Origin: Capsulimonadaceae bacterium
GTDB lineage: Bacteria > Armatimonadota > Armatimonadia > Armatimonadales > Capsulimonadaceae
NCBI GenBank assembly: GCA_965215505.1
Contig: OZ244065.1
Span: forward strand, 352,001-416,000
Reading direction: 5' to 3'
DNA length: 64,000 nt
In this document: positions 28,707-38,494 of the stretch, piece by piece
Layout: every line of letters starts with the position of its first letter
How positions within the stretch are numbered: position 1 is the first letter of the stretch
Position numbers and translations under genes: made by a program
The notes under the pieces: model-generated
The model's input: the letters and a program-made list of their open reading frames with translations, nothing else
Told to the model about the DNA's origin: nothing
The model's database searches: none

Positions 28707-30038
28707 TCAGAACTTTGTCGTCGGGAAGGAGGGGAGATAGCCCTCGTTGGCGGCGAACATTTCCTCGGTCATCTGCCGGATCTCGGCCAGGGAGAGGACG
28801 GCGGAGGTGAGCGGGTCATAGCAGATGGCGTGGAAGATCGCGCGGGCGTCGCCCGTCAGGCATCCTTCCACCGCCATCTCCTCGCTGCTGACGGTCGTGT
28901 TGACGAGCGCGGCGCACTGAGGGGGCAGCCGACCGGCGTGGATGGCCGCTAGTCCCCGCTTGCTCGCGACGACGGGGACCTCGACGCAGCAGTCCGGGGG
29001 GAGGTTGTCGATCAGGCCGTGATTGGCGACGTTACCGTTGAACTCGAACAGGGTGCCGTCGCCGATCAGGCCGTTCAGGATGGGAGCGGCGTACTCATTG
29101 CCGCGCTTGAGGTCGATCGGCTCCTCGCGGGCGAGCCAGTCCCGCGTCTCCTGCTGCCAGGAGGCTTCCCGGCGCTCGGACCCCTTGACGGCGTAGGCGT
29201 ATTCGCCGGGGTTCCAGCCGGTGCCGGGCAGGCAGTACTTCTCGATCAGGTCCGGGCGCTTGCGGAACCAGGCGTTGTACTCGGAGGCGTGGCCGCTGGA
29301 CTCGGTGACGTAGTAGTCCAGGTTCAGGAACATCTCGTTGCGGACGATCTCCTCGTTGTAGATGTCCGGCTTGGCGACGGCCTCGCGCAGCAGGGGGTAG
29401 GCGTCCCGGCCGTTCCACTCATAGGTGAGGTAGAAGGCCTGATGGTTGATCCCCGCGCACAGGTAAGTGACCTCGTTCATGGGTGCCCCGATCCAGCGGG
29501 CCAGCATGGCGGCCGTCCCCTGGACGCTGTGGCACAGGCCGACGGCGGGGACGCGCGACTCGCGCTGGATGGCCCGGCAGAGCAGCACCATCGGGTTGGT
29601 GTAGTTGAGCAAATAGGCGTCCGGGCAGAGCCGCTCCATGTCCCGGCAGATGTCCAGGATGGCGGGGATGGTGCGGAGCGCCCGGAAGATGCCGGACGGG
29701 CCGCGCGTGTCCCCGATGTTGATGTCCACGCCGTACTTCTTGGGGATTTCGACGTCGTTGCGCCAGACGGAGAGCGGGGACGTCATGATGGTGCAGAGGA
29801 CGGCGTCCGCGCCGTCGAGCGCCGCCTGCCGGTCCAGGTGCGCCTCGACCTTGGCGGGGTAGCTGCCCTGGGCGACGATCTTGCAGACGGCGGCGCGGGC
29901 GAATTCTAGCCGCTCGGGGTCCACGTCCATCAGGCAGATCGTGCCGTCGGCCAGCGCGGGGAAGGTCAGCAGGTCGCGCACGAGTCCGCGCGTGAATCCG
30001 AAGCTGCCCGCCCCGATAAAGGTAATCTTCTTTCCCAT
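28707..30038 (-). CDS. melA: GH4 alpha-galactosidase
   Basis: [48 protein letters not shown]. Confidence 0.88.
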   Translation of the reverse strand: MGKKITFIGAGSFGFTRGLVRDLLTFPALADGTICLMDVDPERLEFARAAVCKIVAQGSYPAKVEAHLDRQAALDGADAVLCTIMTSPLSVWRNDVEIPKKYGVDINIGDTRGPSGIFRALRTIPAILDICRDMERLCPDAYLLNYTNPMVLLCRAIQRESRVPAVGLCHSVQGTAAMLARWIGAPMNEVTYLCAGINHQAFYLTYEWNGRDAYPLLREAVAKPDIYNEEIVRNEMFLNLDYYVTESSGHASEYNAWFRKRPDLIEKYCLPGTGWNPGEYAYAVKGSERREASWQQETRDWLAREEPIDLKRGNEYAAPILNGLIGDGTLFEFNGNVANHGLIDNLPPDCCVEVPVVASKRGLAAIHAGRLPPQCAALVNTTVSSEEMAVEGCLTGDARAIFHAICYDPLTSAVLSLAEIRQMTEEMFAANEGYLPSFPTTKF

Positions 30039-30054
30039 GCAACGGCCCTCGTGA

Positions 30055-30948
30055 TTATTTGGTGCCCTTGGCCGGGACGGCCGGGTCAAGGATGTTGTTG
30101 TCGCCCATCCAGTCCGCCAGCCGCTGCGGCCAGTTCTTGATCGTCGTCAGCTTCGACCGGGTGCCCATGTTGAAGGCGTGCGCGCCTTTGGTGAAGACGT
30201 GGACCTCGATGGGAAGCCGGGCGGCCCGGTACAGGCGGAAGATGTCAACGACCGCGTTCGTGTGGTCGTCGTCGTTGGCGACGAGCAGGAAGGCCGGCGG
30301 CGCGTCGGGCCGCAGCGCCGACGGGATGCCCGCGCCGCCCGGATAGACCTCCGCGATGAAGTCGGGCCGCGCGCTGACCCGGTCTGTCGGGTCCGGGGCG
30401 GCCGCGTCACCGGCGGTCTCGCCGAAGGCGGTCATGGAGACGACCTCGCCGCCCGCCGAGAAGCCGACCATGCCGATCCGGTTCGGGTCCACCCCCCACT
30501 CCGCCGCCCGGCTGCGGACCAGGCGCATGGCGCGCAGGCCGTCCTGGTGCGGGTGGGTCATGTTGTAGACGGACCCCGGCTCGCGCGGCAGGCGGTACTT
30601 GAGGGCGAAGGCCGCTACGCCGATGCTGTTGAAGTACTGCGCCGCCGCGATCCCTTCGGGCACGAACCCGAGTTCGCTGAAGCCGCCGCCGGGACACAGG
30701 ATCACGGCCGCTCCGGTGGCCTTCGCCCTCGGGGGGAGGAAGACCGTGAGCGACGGGTTGTTGACGTTTTTCACCCAGTAACTCGCAGCCAGCTCGGGGA
30801 TGTCCTTCCGCCCCTCGAAGCCGGGAGCGCCATTGGCCCACAGATGGATCACCGTACCGGCACTCGCCGGCGGCGTCTGCTGCGCCCTTACAGGCATGAC
30901 GGTTGTTAGAAAGGCCAGACCGATCACGGCCAGGAATAAAACTCGCAT
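30055..30948 (-). CDS. secreted alpha/beta hydrolase (carbohydrate esterase-like)
   Basis: signal peptide, CPGGG, GFSAGG nucleophile motif, GAHAF. Confidence 0.85.
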   Translation of the reverse strand: MRVLFLAVIGLAFLTTVMPVRAQQTPPASAGTVIHLWANGAPGFEGRKDIPELAASYWVKNVNNPSLTVFLPPRAKATGAAVILCPGGGFSELGFVPEGIAAAQYFNSIGVAAFALKYRLPREPGSVYNMTHPHQDGLRAMRLVRSRAAEWGVDPNRIGMVGFSAGGEVVSMTAFGETAGDAAAPDPTDRVSARPDFIAEVYPGGAGIPSALRPDAPPAFLLVANDDDHTNAVVDIFRLYRAARLPIEVHVFTKGAHAFNMGTRSKLTTIKNWPQRLADWMGDNNILDPAVPAKGTK

Positions 30949-30966
30949 CGTGTCACCTCGCCGAGA

Positions 30967-32370
30967 TCAGATTCGGAGCCGGTCTGTAGAATCCCCGAAC
31001 CGTTCCAGGTGCTTCAGGCCCATCCGGTCGGACAGGCTCAGGAACAGGTTGCAGGCCGGGGTGGAGCTGTACTTGGTGTAGCCCGCCGGGGCCAGGGTGC
31101 CGCCGCCGCCCCCCGCCAGCACGATGGGCAGGTTGGTGTGCGTGTGCTGATTGCCGTCGGAGTTCCCGCTGCCGTAGACGATCATCGAGTTGTGCAGCAG
31201 CGAATTGCCGTCCGGGTCTTTGATGCCGTCCATTTTGGTCAGGAACTTGGCGAACTGGTGCGCGTACCAGAAGTCTATTTTCGCCACTTTCGCGATGCGG
31301 TCGGGGTCGCCCTGGTGGTGCGACAGGTCGTGGTGGCCCTCGGGAATCCCGATCTGGCTGAAGGAGCGGTTGTCGCCGTCGTGCGCCAGGCAGAAGGAGG
31401 CGACGCGGGTGGAGTCGGTCTGGAAGGCCATGACCATCAGGTCGAACATGATGTCCACATACTCGGCCTGATCGGACGGGACGCCCTCGGGAGTCTCGGC
31501 GGCCGGGTCCGGGGCGGTCCCGTGCATCTCCGCCGTCTGGATGCGCGCCTCGATCTCACGCACCCCGGTCAGGTATTGATCGAGTTTCCCCTTGTCATTG
31601 ACCGACAGCCGCCTCTGCATGCGGCGCGCGTCGTCCAGCACGAAGTCGAGTACGGAGGTCTGGGCGAGCAGGTGCCGCCGGCTGATCTTCGCGCGCTCCC
31701 CCGGCAGTCCCGTCCCGAAAAGGCGCTCGAAGGCCAGGCGCGGGTTGGCTTCCGCCGTGACGGGCGTGGACGGCGAACTCCACGAGATGTCGTATTGGTA
31801 CGCGCAGGCGTAGTCCGCATCGCAGGCCGAGGCTTTGCGCGTGTCGTCGCAGGTCAGCTCGAGCGACGGGAACCGCGTCAGGTGGCCCACCTGGCGGGCC
31901 ATCAGTTGGTCGATGGAGACGCCGAGGTGGATGTCGGTGGCGCTCTTGTTCGGCCTGGCCCCGGAAAGGAAGACGCAGTTGGCGCGGGCGTGGTCGCCGC
32001 CGCCGTCGGCCCCCCCGATCGCCAGGGCGTGGTCCAGGCCGCCCAGCACACGGACGACGTCCCGCACCTGCTCCAAGGGCTGGAGGGTGGCACTCAGCTT
32101 GAAGTCCGCCCCGGTCGCGCCCGGCCAGAAGTTCGGCTGGATCGCGCCGTTTGGGAAGTAGACGAAGGCGGTGCGGAGCGGTGCCCCGCCGGCCGTCGTC
32201 GCCAGGCCGCCCGCGCCCGTCGCATCCGCCGCGAGCGCGGTCGCCGGGAACAACGACTGGAAGGCCGGCAATGCCAGGCACGCCCCCGCGCCCCGTAAAA
32301 AGTGGCGGCGGCTGAAGGCGGCGCTGCGCTGGGCGGCAAGGTCTGCGTCCAGGGTGGTTCTGTCTGTCAT
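30967..32370 (-). CDS. DUF1552 (HXXSHH) protein
   Basis: SRRHFLRGAG Tat-like motif, YFPNG, AFQTDSTRV, GHHDLSHH. Confidence 0.9.
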   Translation of the reverse strand: MTDRTTLDADLAAQRSAAFSRRHFLRGAGACLALPAFQSLFPATALAADATGAGGLATTAGGAPLRTAFVYFPNGAIQPNFWPGATGADFKLSATLQPLEQVRDVVRVLGGLDHALAIGGADGGGDHARANCVFLSGARPNKSATDIHLGVSIDQLMARQVGHLTRFPSLELTCDDTRKASACDADYACAYQYDISWSSPSTPVTAEANPRLAFERLFGTGLPGERAKISRRHLLAQTSVLDFVLDDARRMQRRLSVNDKGKLDQYLTGVREIEARIQTAEMHGTAPDPAAETPEGVPSDQAEYVDIMFDLMVMAFQTDSTRVASFCLAHDGDNRSFSQIGIPEGHHDLSHHQGDPDRIAKVAKIDFWYAHQFAKFLTKMDGIKDPDGNSLLHNSMIVYGSGNSDGNQHTHTNLPIVLAGGGGGTLAPAGYTKYSSTPACNLFLSLSDRMGLKHLERFGDSTDRLRI

Positions 32371-34949
32371 GACTTTCGCTGTTCCCTTCTTGAATTGATC
32401 CGAAGTGTTCGAGATTCCTGGGATATTTTCCGTCCTGGCGGCGAGGCCGTCCGGGTTCGATCTGCGGCGGCGACCGGAGACGGCTTCCGGCATCTTTGAA
32501 AGGGCGACGACTCGATGACGCCCGTCACGAGCGCGGAGAACCGCCCGTCGTCCCCCTGCATCCGTGTCACGATGCGATCCACCGTTTCCACGTCGTAGTC
32601 TTCGAGGCCGCGCCCGAGGGCGTAGGTGAGCAGCTTCCCGCTCAGGCAGCGGTAGAACTCGGTGCGGTGCCGCGTTGCCAGAATCCGTTTCAGGCCGCGA
32701 ATGTCTTTGAAGGACTCGCCGGTGACCAGTGTGCCGCCCGCCTCGATGGGCCGGCCGAACTCGTGGTCGCGCCACAACCCGAGCGCGTTGAAGTTTTCCA
32801 GGGCCAGCCCCGGCGGGTCGAGCCGCTCATGGCAGGAGGCGCAGGCCGGGTTGCTCCGGTGCAGGGCCAGCACTTCCCGCAGGGTCGGCTTGTGGTCCGT
32901 CAATCCCGCCGCCGCGGCCTCCAGGGGCGGGATGTTCGGCGGCGGGGGCGGGGCGGGAGCGCCAACGATGTTGTCCAGGATGAACTGGCCCCGCTTGACC
33001 GGCGAGGTGCGCGTCGGGTTCGATGTCACGGCCAGCACGCTGCCCATGGTCAGCACGCCGCCGCGCGGGCAGCCGGCGGGCAGCGTCACCATGCGTAACT
33101 CGTCGCCGGTCACGCCCAGCTCGGGGAGGCCGTAATACTGCGCCAGGCGCGCGTTGAGGAAGGTGTAGTTCCCGTCGAGCAGTTCGAGGACGCTGCGGTC
33201 CCCCCGGACGACGTGCCCGAAATACAGGTCCACCTCGCGGTGCAGGTCCTTCCGCAGCGCCCCGTTCAACTCAATGCGCGGGCGGCCGTAGGCACGGCCC
33301 TGACCGCCGCCCGCCGGTGCCGCCGCAGGATCGCGCTCACGCGCCATCACGGCCCAGGCATTGATCGGCACCGTCTCGATGTCCCGCGTTTGCAGCCATT
33401 GCCCGCTGAAGTTCTCGACCAATGCCTCCGAGCGGCGGTCGCGCAGCATCCTGCCCACCTGCGCGTCAAGATTCTTCCGCAATTGTCCCCGCTCGGCGAG
33501 CCGGAACAGCTCGTCATCCGGCATGGACGACCACAGGAAGTAGGACAGGCGCGAGGCCAGGGCGTACTCGTCAACTAGCGCATACCGGCCGTGGTCCGGC
33601 GTGGCGGCGACCCCTTCTTCGCGGAACAGGAACCGGGGCGACGCCAGGACGGCCACCATCGCCTGTGCCACGCCAGCCTCGAAGGTCTGGCCGGGCTGGG
33701 TGTAGACGCCCTCCGCCAGGCCCACCAGACGCTCCACGGTCGGCGCATCCACGGGCCGCCGGTACGCCCGGCGCGTGAACCCGCCGAGCAGTTCGCGCGC
33801 GTAGGCGCGGCGTTCCGGGCCGCCGGCCGGCACGGGCTTGGGGAAGAAGGTCCGGTAGGCGGCAGGCTCGACCTGATAGTCCGCGCCCTTCGGACCCCGC
33901 AAGGTCACCTTGTTGATCCGCATCGTCAGCGAGCGGACCTGCTCCACGCCGGGCGTCAGCGGCTGCACCTCGAACGTGAGCGTGTGCGCGCCCGCCTTCC
34001 ATGCCTGATCGAAGACGTAGTGCAGGGGCTTGCCGCCTTCGCGCGTGAAGTCTCTGCGGAACAACTCCTGCCCGTCCGCCGTGAAGATCAGCCGGCACCG
34101 GTTGTAGTCGAACTTGTTGTCCACATAGTTTTCGTTCGCGGCCAGGTCCAGGACGAGCTGATAGTCGCCGGGATGTCCGGCCTGCACCGTGTGCGAAACC
34201 GTGGCCGGCTCGTAGTAGGATAGAGAACGGGGGCCGCCGGCCTTCCCCGTGGGAGCCTGGGCACCCGTCCCGGTGAAATCCGACCCGAGGATTTCCGTCT
34301 CCGCCTGCACCCTGGGGGCCGTCGGCACCGCCTGCGAGACGATGGCCTGGGCGGCGTTCAGGTACTTCTCCATCAGCAGGGGCGAGATGGTCAGCACGTC
34401 GCTGAGGTCATCGAAGCCGTGTCCCGCCTCGTCCGGCGGGAACTCCGTCTGCGTGTCGTAGTCCACCCCGATCAGGTCGCGGACGGTGTTCCGGTACTCG
34501 ACCCGGTTCAGGCGGCGGACGGTCACGCGCCCCGGATCGGGATCGGCGGGATCAATGCGGTAGACGCAGCTCTTGATGAGCTGCGCGATGCGTTCCTTTT
34601 CGGCTGCCGTCGGCTGGGGCATGTCCGCCGGGGGCATGATGCCGCTGCGAAGGTTATCCAGGACCCGCCGGAAGAGTTTGCGGTTCGCCGGCAGGGCGGG
34701 GTCGGCGGCTAGTTGATCGAATGCCACGTTGCCGGACTTTACGGCGCCGGAATGACAGGCATAGCAATACGTTTGGAGGAGCGGCTGGACGCCGTGACGG
34801 AACTGCGCCGCCCCCGTGCCGCCCGCCGCGACCGGACGGGGGGCGGGCTTGGCCGGTTTGGGAGGCTTCGCCGCCAGGGCCAGGGTCGAGAAGAGGCCCA
34901 CGGTCGAGAAGAGCGCGACCCACGAGCAGGTTGTCCGGTTCCTGAACAT
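32367..34949 (-). CDS. DUF1592/DUF1588/DUF1587 planctomycete-type cytochrome c protein
   Basis: signal peptide, CYACH and CASCH heme motifs, RRLNRVEYRNTVRDL, LASRLSYFLWSSMPD, RTSPVKRG. Confidence 0.9.
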   Translation of the reverse strand: MFRNRTTCSWVALFSTVGLFSTLALAAKPPKPAKPAPRPVAAGGTGAAQFRHGVQPLLQTYCYACHSGAVKSGNVAFDQLAADPALPANRKLFRRVLDNLRSGIMPPADMPQPTAAEKERIAQLIKSCVYRIDPADPDPGRVTVRRLNRVEYRNTVRDLIGVDYDTQTEFPPDEAGHGFDDLSDVLTISPLLMEKYLNAAQAIVSQAVPTAPRVQAETEILGSDFTGTGAQAPTGKAGGPRSLSYYEPATVSHTVQAGHPGDYQLVLDLAANENYVDNKFDYNRCRLIFTADGQELFRRDFTREGGKPLHYVFDQAWKAGAHTLTFEVQPLTPGVEQVRSLTMRINKVTLRGPKGADYQVEPAAYRTFFPKPVPAGGPERRAYARELLGGFTRRAYRRPVDAPTVERLVGLAEGVYTQPGQTFEAGVAQAMVAVLASPRFLFREEGVAATPDHGRYALVDEYALASRLSYFLWSSMPDDELFRLAERGQLRKNLDAQVGRMLRDRRSEALVENFSGQWLQTRDIETVPINAWAVMARERDPAAAPAGGGQGRAYGRPRIELNGALRKDLHREVDLYFGHVVRGDRSVLELLDGNYTFLNARLAQYYGLPELGVTGDELRMVTLPAGCPRGGVLTMGSVLAVTSNPTRTSPVKRGQFILDNIVGAPAPPPPPNIPPLEAAAAGLTDHKPTLREVLALHRSNPACASCHERLDPPGLALENFNALGLWRDHEFGRPIEAGGTLVTGESFKDIRGLKRILATRHRTEFYRCLSGKLLTYALGRGLEDYDVETVDRIVTRMQGDDGRFSALVTGVIESSPFQRCRKPSPVAAADRTRTASPPGRKISQESRTLRINSRREQRKS

Positions 34950-35164
34950 AAAGATCACTCTCCGTCGGTCCTGGGAGGAAACGTGATGCCGACCATTGAA
35001 ACACTCCTAAATGTCTGGCCCCGGCCTCTGCTGTTTCTCGGCTATTGCAGCGTTGTGAACATTTGGATTATATTACTCCCATTTACACCGGAAATGCGTC
35101 CGATTAAATCGCTCCTTTTTCCGGTATAGTAAGTTCTACAAGCGGTCTGTTCGGGAGGGAAGCG

Positions 35165-36001
35165 ATGTACGAGGAAGAAATGAACCGTCAGGGCTTCGTG
35201 TTCCTATCCGGCCAGCCCGGAGTGATGGCGGAATTGCATCGCCACAGGGAGGTGGAAGTCAACCTCGTGGTCGAGGGGGAGATGGAGTACCTGTTCGGGG
35301 GCCGCCGCGTGGCGATCCCCGAGGGTCAGCTTGCGGTCTTCTGGGCGACGATTCCCCACGGCGTGGTGCGGACCGCAGCCGCGACGCGCGCCCACTGCAT
35401 TCACCTCCCGCTGGTGCGCTTCCTTCAGTGGCAAGTTTCCAGCGATCTGGTACACCGGCTCCTGAACGGGGAGATTGTGCGCGAGCCGGACGCGGCATCG
35501 TTCCCGCGCGACCGGGCGCTGTTCGAGCAGTGGCGTCAGGACGTGCGGGGCGCTTTCCCGGATGCCTGCCGCGTGGTGCTGCTTGAACTGGAGGCCCGGC
35601 TGCGACGCCTCGGGTGGGGCATCGGGACGACTTCCGGCGGCGAGCGCCCGAACACGGACGCGGCGATGCCGCGCGACCAGGGGGTGGACCATGTCGAGCG
35701 GATGGCCGTATTCATGTCCGAGCGTTATCAGGAGCGGCTCACGGCGGACGACATCGCCGGCGCGGCTGGGCTGCACCCCAAATATGCGATCACCCTGTTC
35801 CGGGGCCACTGCGGCATGACGCCGGCTGAGTACCTTACTCAGCAGCGTCTCTCGCAGGCACAGCGGCTGCTGGCGACCACCGACGCCAAGGTGGTTGACA
35901 TCGCCTTCACCGCCGGCTTCGGCTCGGTCAGCCAGTTCTATGAGGTGTTCACGCGCGTCTGCGGCCAGACCCCGAAGGACTTCCGCGCTTCCCAGAAGTG
36001 A
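35165..36001 (+). CDS. AraC-family regulator, MelR-like
   Basis: HRHREVEVN cupin, FWATIPH, C-terminal AraC HTH (IAFTAGFGSVSQFY); divergent from the melA-containing operon. Confidence 0.88.
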   Translation: MYEEEMNRQGFVFLSGQPGVMAELHRHREVEVNLVVEGEMEYLFGGRRVAIPEGQLAVFWATIPHGVVRTAAATRAHCIHLPLVRFLQWQVSSDLVHRLLNGEIVREPDAASFPRDRALFEQWRQDVRGAFPDACRVVLLELEARLRRLGWGIGTTSGGERPNTDAAMPRDQGVDHVERMAVFMSERYQERLTADDIAGAAGLHPKYAITLFRGHCGMTPAEYLTQQRLSQAQRLLATTDAKVVDIAFTAGFGSVSQFYEVFTRVCGQTPKDFRASQK

Positions 36002-36029
36002 GCGCGACGCCTTGCAAAAACCACGACCT

Positions 36030-36332
36030 TCAGGCGTCCGGGTCGGGCTGAAGGCGGCCGGAAGCGTCCGGCGCGAGCATGAGCTGGTCCACATAGCACC
36101 AGCCCCAGTCCTCGCCGGGCTGGAACGACTGCATGATCGGGTGCTGTGTCGCATGGAAGTGTTTGGTGGCGTGCTTGTTCTTGGACGAGTCGCAGCAGCC
36201 GACGTGGCCGCATTCCAGGCAGAGCCTCAGATGGACCCAGGCGTCGCCAATCTTCAGGCACTCCTCGCAGCCCTGCGGCGTGCGCGGCTCGACATCGCGT
36301 ATCTGGTCCAGGTGTGTGCATTCGGTCGGCAT
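36030..36332 (-). CDS. UBP-type zinc-finger protein
   Basis: CTHLDQI..GCEECL..WVHLRLCLECGHVGCCDSSKNKHATKH..WGWCYVD; AGGAG RBS. Confidence 0.9.
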   Translation of the reverse strand: MPTECTHLDQIRDVEPRTPQGCEECLKIGDAWVHLRLCLECGHVGCCDSSKNKHATKHFHATQHPIMQSFQPGEDWGWCYVDQLMLAPDASGRLQPDPDA

Positions 36333-36366
36333 GGCGGTTGCTCCTTGGTGACGTATTTTACCCCAC

Positions 36367-37113
36367 ATGAAGAGTGATGTCGAAACGATGACGGACGCCG
36401 ATCTGCTGGCCGCGTGCCGGAAGCGGCCGTGGGAGCGACGCATGGCGGGCGCGGGCTGCGGCCTCGCACTGGCCGGCGGCGTCCTGGCCGCCTGGGCGAT
36501 CTGCCGCCTCCTGGGTGGTGCCGCCTGGCCGCTCGCCGTGATCGCCTTCTTCGCCGTCGGCCTGACCGTCACGGTGAAGGTCAGCGGCCTCGCCGACTAT
36601 CGCTCCCGGCGGCAGCAGGCGGAGCTGCGCCGCCGGCATGAGCCGCCGGACTTTGAGGCGGCGGTGGGGCAGGCGGAGGCAGACATGGAAGGCCATGCTG
36701 GACCCGACTGGGTGCTGCTCCTGCGCGGGCGCGGCCTGCCGCACGGGCGGACGATCGAGGTCCGAATCGAACTCCGGCAGTCCGCGCCGCCGGGCGGCCA
36801 CATCAGCGTTCATGCGGCCGGTGACATCAATTTTCATCGAGACGAACCGCTGCCGGTCGAGCGGGGGGCGGGGGACTTAGACGCCCAGGATTGCGAGCGC
36901 CTTTTGGCGCTCCTGCCGGACTTCGTGGCCCACAGCGCGGAAACGATCCCGGACTTCGTGTTTGACGGCTTCCCATGCCGGGTGGCCGCCGTGCAGCGGC
37001 AGCCACGGGTGACTGTCAGGGCCGGCTGCAATCTCATGGGCATCTCCGAGAAATTCGCGGCGCATCCCACGCCCTTGCTGATGCGGAAGATGCTGGAATT
37101 AGCCGGGCGGTGA
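36367..37113 (+). CDS. hypothetical membrane protein (2 TM)
   Basis: 248-aa ORF with two N-terminal hydrophobic helices. Confidence 0.6.
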   Translation: MKSDVETMTDADLLAACRKRPWERRMAGAGCGLALAGGVLAAWAICRLLGGAAWPLAVIAFFAVGLTVTVKVSGLADYRSRRQQAELRRRHEPPDFEAAVGQAEADMEGHAGPDWVLLLRGRGLPHGRTIEVRIELRQSAPPGGHISVHAAGDINFHRDEPLPVERGAGDLDAQDCERLLALLPDFVAHSAETIPDFVFDGFPCRVAAVQRQPRVTVRAGCNLMGISEKFAAHPTPLLMRKMLELAGR

Positions 37114-38490
37114 GGACCCAGGCGGCGTGATCGGCAGGCGCACCTGGAAGCGCGTATCGCCCGGCTCGGACGTGACGCGCAGGTCGCCGTGGTGCCGCGC
37201 GACGACGATCCGGTAGGCGGTGTCCAGGCCCAGCCCGGTGCCCTCGCCGACGCCTTTGGTGGTGAAGAACGGGTCGAAGATGCGGCCCTGGATGTCCTCG
37301 GGGATGCCCGGCCCGTCGTCGCCGATCTCGACCAGGATGCAGTCGTCTTCGCGCGCCGTCCGCACGAACAGTTGGCCCTTGCCGCCCAGCGCGTCCAGGG
37401 CGTTGTCCATGAGGTTCGTCCACACCTGGTTCAATTCGCTGCCGTAGGCGGTGATGCGGGGCAGATCGGGCGCGTAGTCTCGGACGACCTTGACCCCGCC
37501 TTTGCATTTGAATTGGAGGATCGTCAGCGTCGTCTCCAAAGAGGCGCGCACGTCCACCTCCTGCGAGGGGGCCTGGTCCATGTAGGAATAAGCCTTGATG
37601 GCCGTCACCAGGTCCGAGATGCGGTCCGCGCTCTGCTCCACCGTCCGCAGCAGGGCCACCGCCTCCAGGCTGGAAGCAAGCCAGGCGATGCCGGCCGCGA
37701 GGGCGGCATCGTCCGGGAGCTGTGCGGCCAATGTTTCCAGGCTCTCCTCGGTCAGCCCGCCCTCCGCAAGCGCACCGGCGAGCGCACTTCCCTCGGGAAC
37801 ATCACGCGCGTCCAGCCAGTCCGCCAGGGCGTCTTCCCGGTCGCTCAGGGCGAGCGAGTCAAGGGTGGGCGGGGCGGCCTTGCCCTGCACGTCCAGGAGC
37901 CGTTCCTTCTGGCCTTCGGACAGGCAGCTTTCCCCCAACGCGAAGGCGGACCGCTGCACCGTCACCAGGGCCTCGCGCAGACGGGCCGCCGCCCGGCGGG
38001 CCGCCGCGGCGGGGTTGTTCAGCTCGTGCGCCAGGCCCGCCGACAGCTTGCCCAGTGCGGCCATCTTCTCGCGCTGCTGCCCCAGCGCGTCCGCCTCGGG
38101 CCGCCGGTGGGCCATGACGGCGAGCATGTCGCCCGCGATGCTCGGGCAGGCGACGATGATGTCCTTGAAGTCGCCCGCGCGGAGCCGAAGGACGCGCGTC
38201 GCGGCCGTCGCCCGGCCGGTGGCGATGGACGGCTCCCCGCTGAACATGGACAGCGCGCCGCTGTACTGGCCCGGCCCGTGTACGACCAAGAGCGCGTCCT
38301 CGCCCGCGATCCTCCGGGTGACTTTCAGGCCGCCCTCCAGGATGACATAGAACTCGTGTTCCGGCTCCCCTTCCGTGAACAGCGCCTCGCCCTGTCCCAG
38401 AGTGACCTCGCGCCCGAGCGGGAGCAGGCAGCGGACCGCCTCCTCGGACAGCCTGGGGAACAGGTTCTCGTGCTTCGTTTCGGCGCTCAT
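37099..38490 (-). CDS. cNMP-binding-domain histidine kinase
   Basis: N-terminal cNMP fold (LFTEGEP..FYVILEG), AGLAHELNNP, NQVWTNLMDNA, FFTTKGVGEGTGLGL. Confidence 0.92.
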   Translation of the reverse strand: MSAETKHENLFPRLSEEAVRCLLPLGREVTLGQGEALFTEGEPEHEFYVILEGGLKVTRRIAGEDALLVVHGPGQYSGALSMFSGEPSIATGRATAATRVLRLRAGDFKDIIVACPSIAGDMLAVMAHRRPEADALGQQREKMAALGKLSAGLAHELNNPAAAARRAAARLREALVTVQRSAFALGESCLSEGQKERLLDVQGKAAPPTLDSLALSDREDALADWLDARDVPEGSALAGALAEGGLTEESLETLAAQLPDDAALAAGIAWLASSLEAVALLRTVEQSADRISDLVTAIKAYSYMDQAPSQEVDVRASLETTLTILQFKCKGGVKVVRDYAPDLPRITAYGSELNQVWTNLMDNALDALGGKGQLFVRTAREDDCILVEIGDDGPGIPEDIQGRIFDPFFTTKGVGEGTGLGLDTAYRIVVARHHGDLRVTSEPGDTRFQVRLPITPPGSSPPG

Positions 38491-38494
38491 CGGG

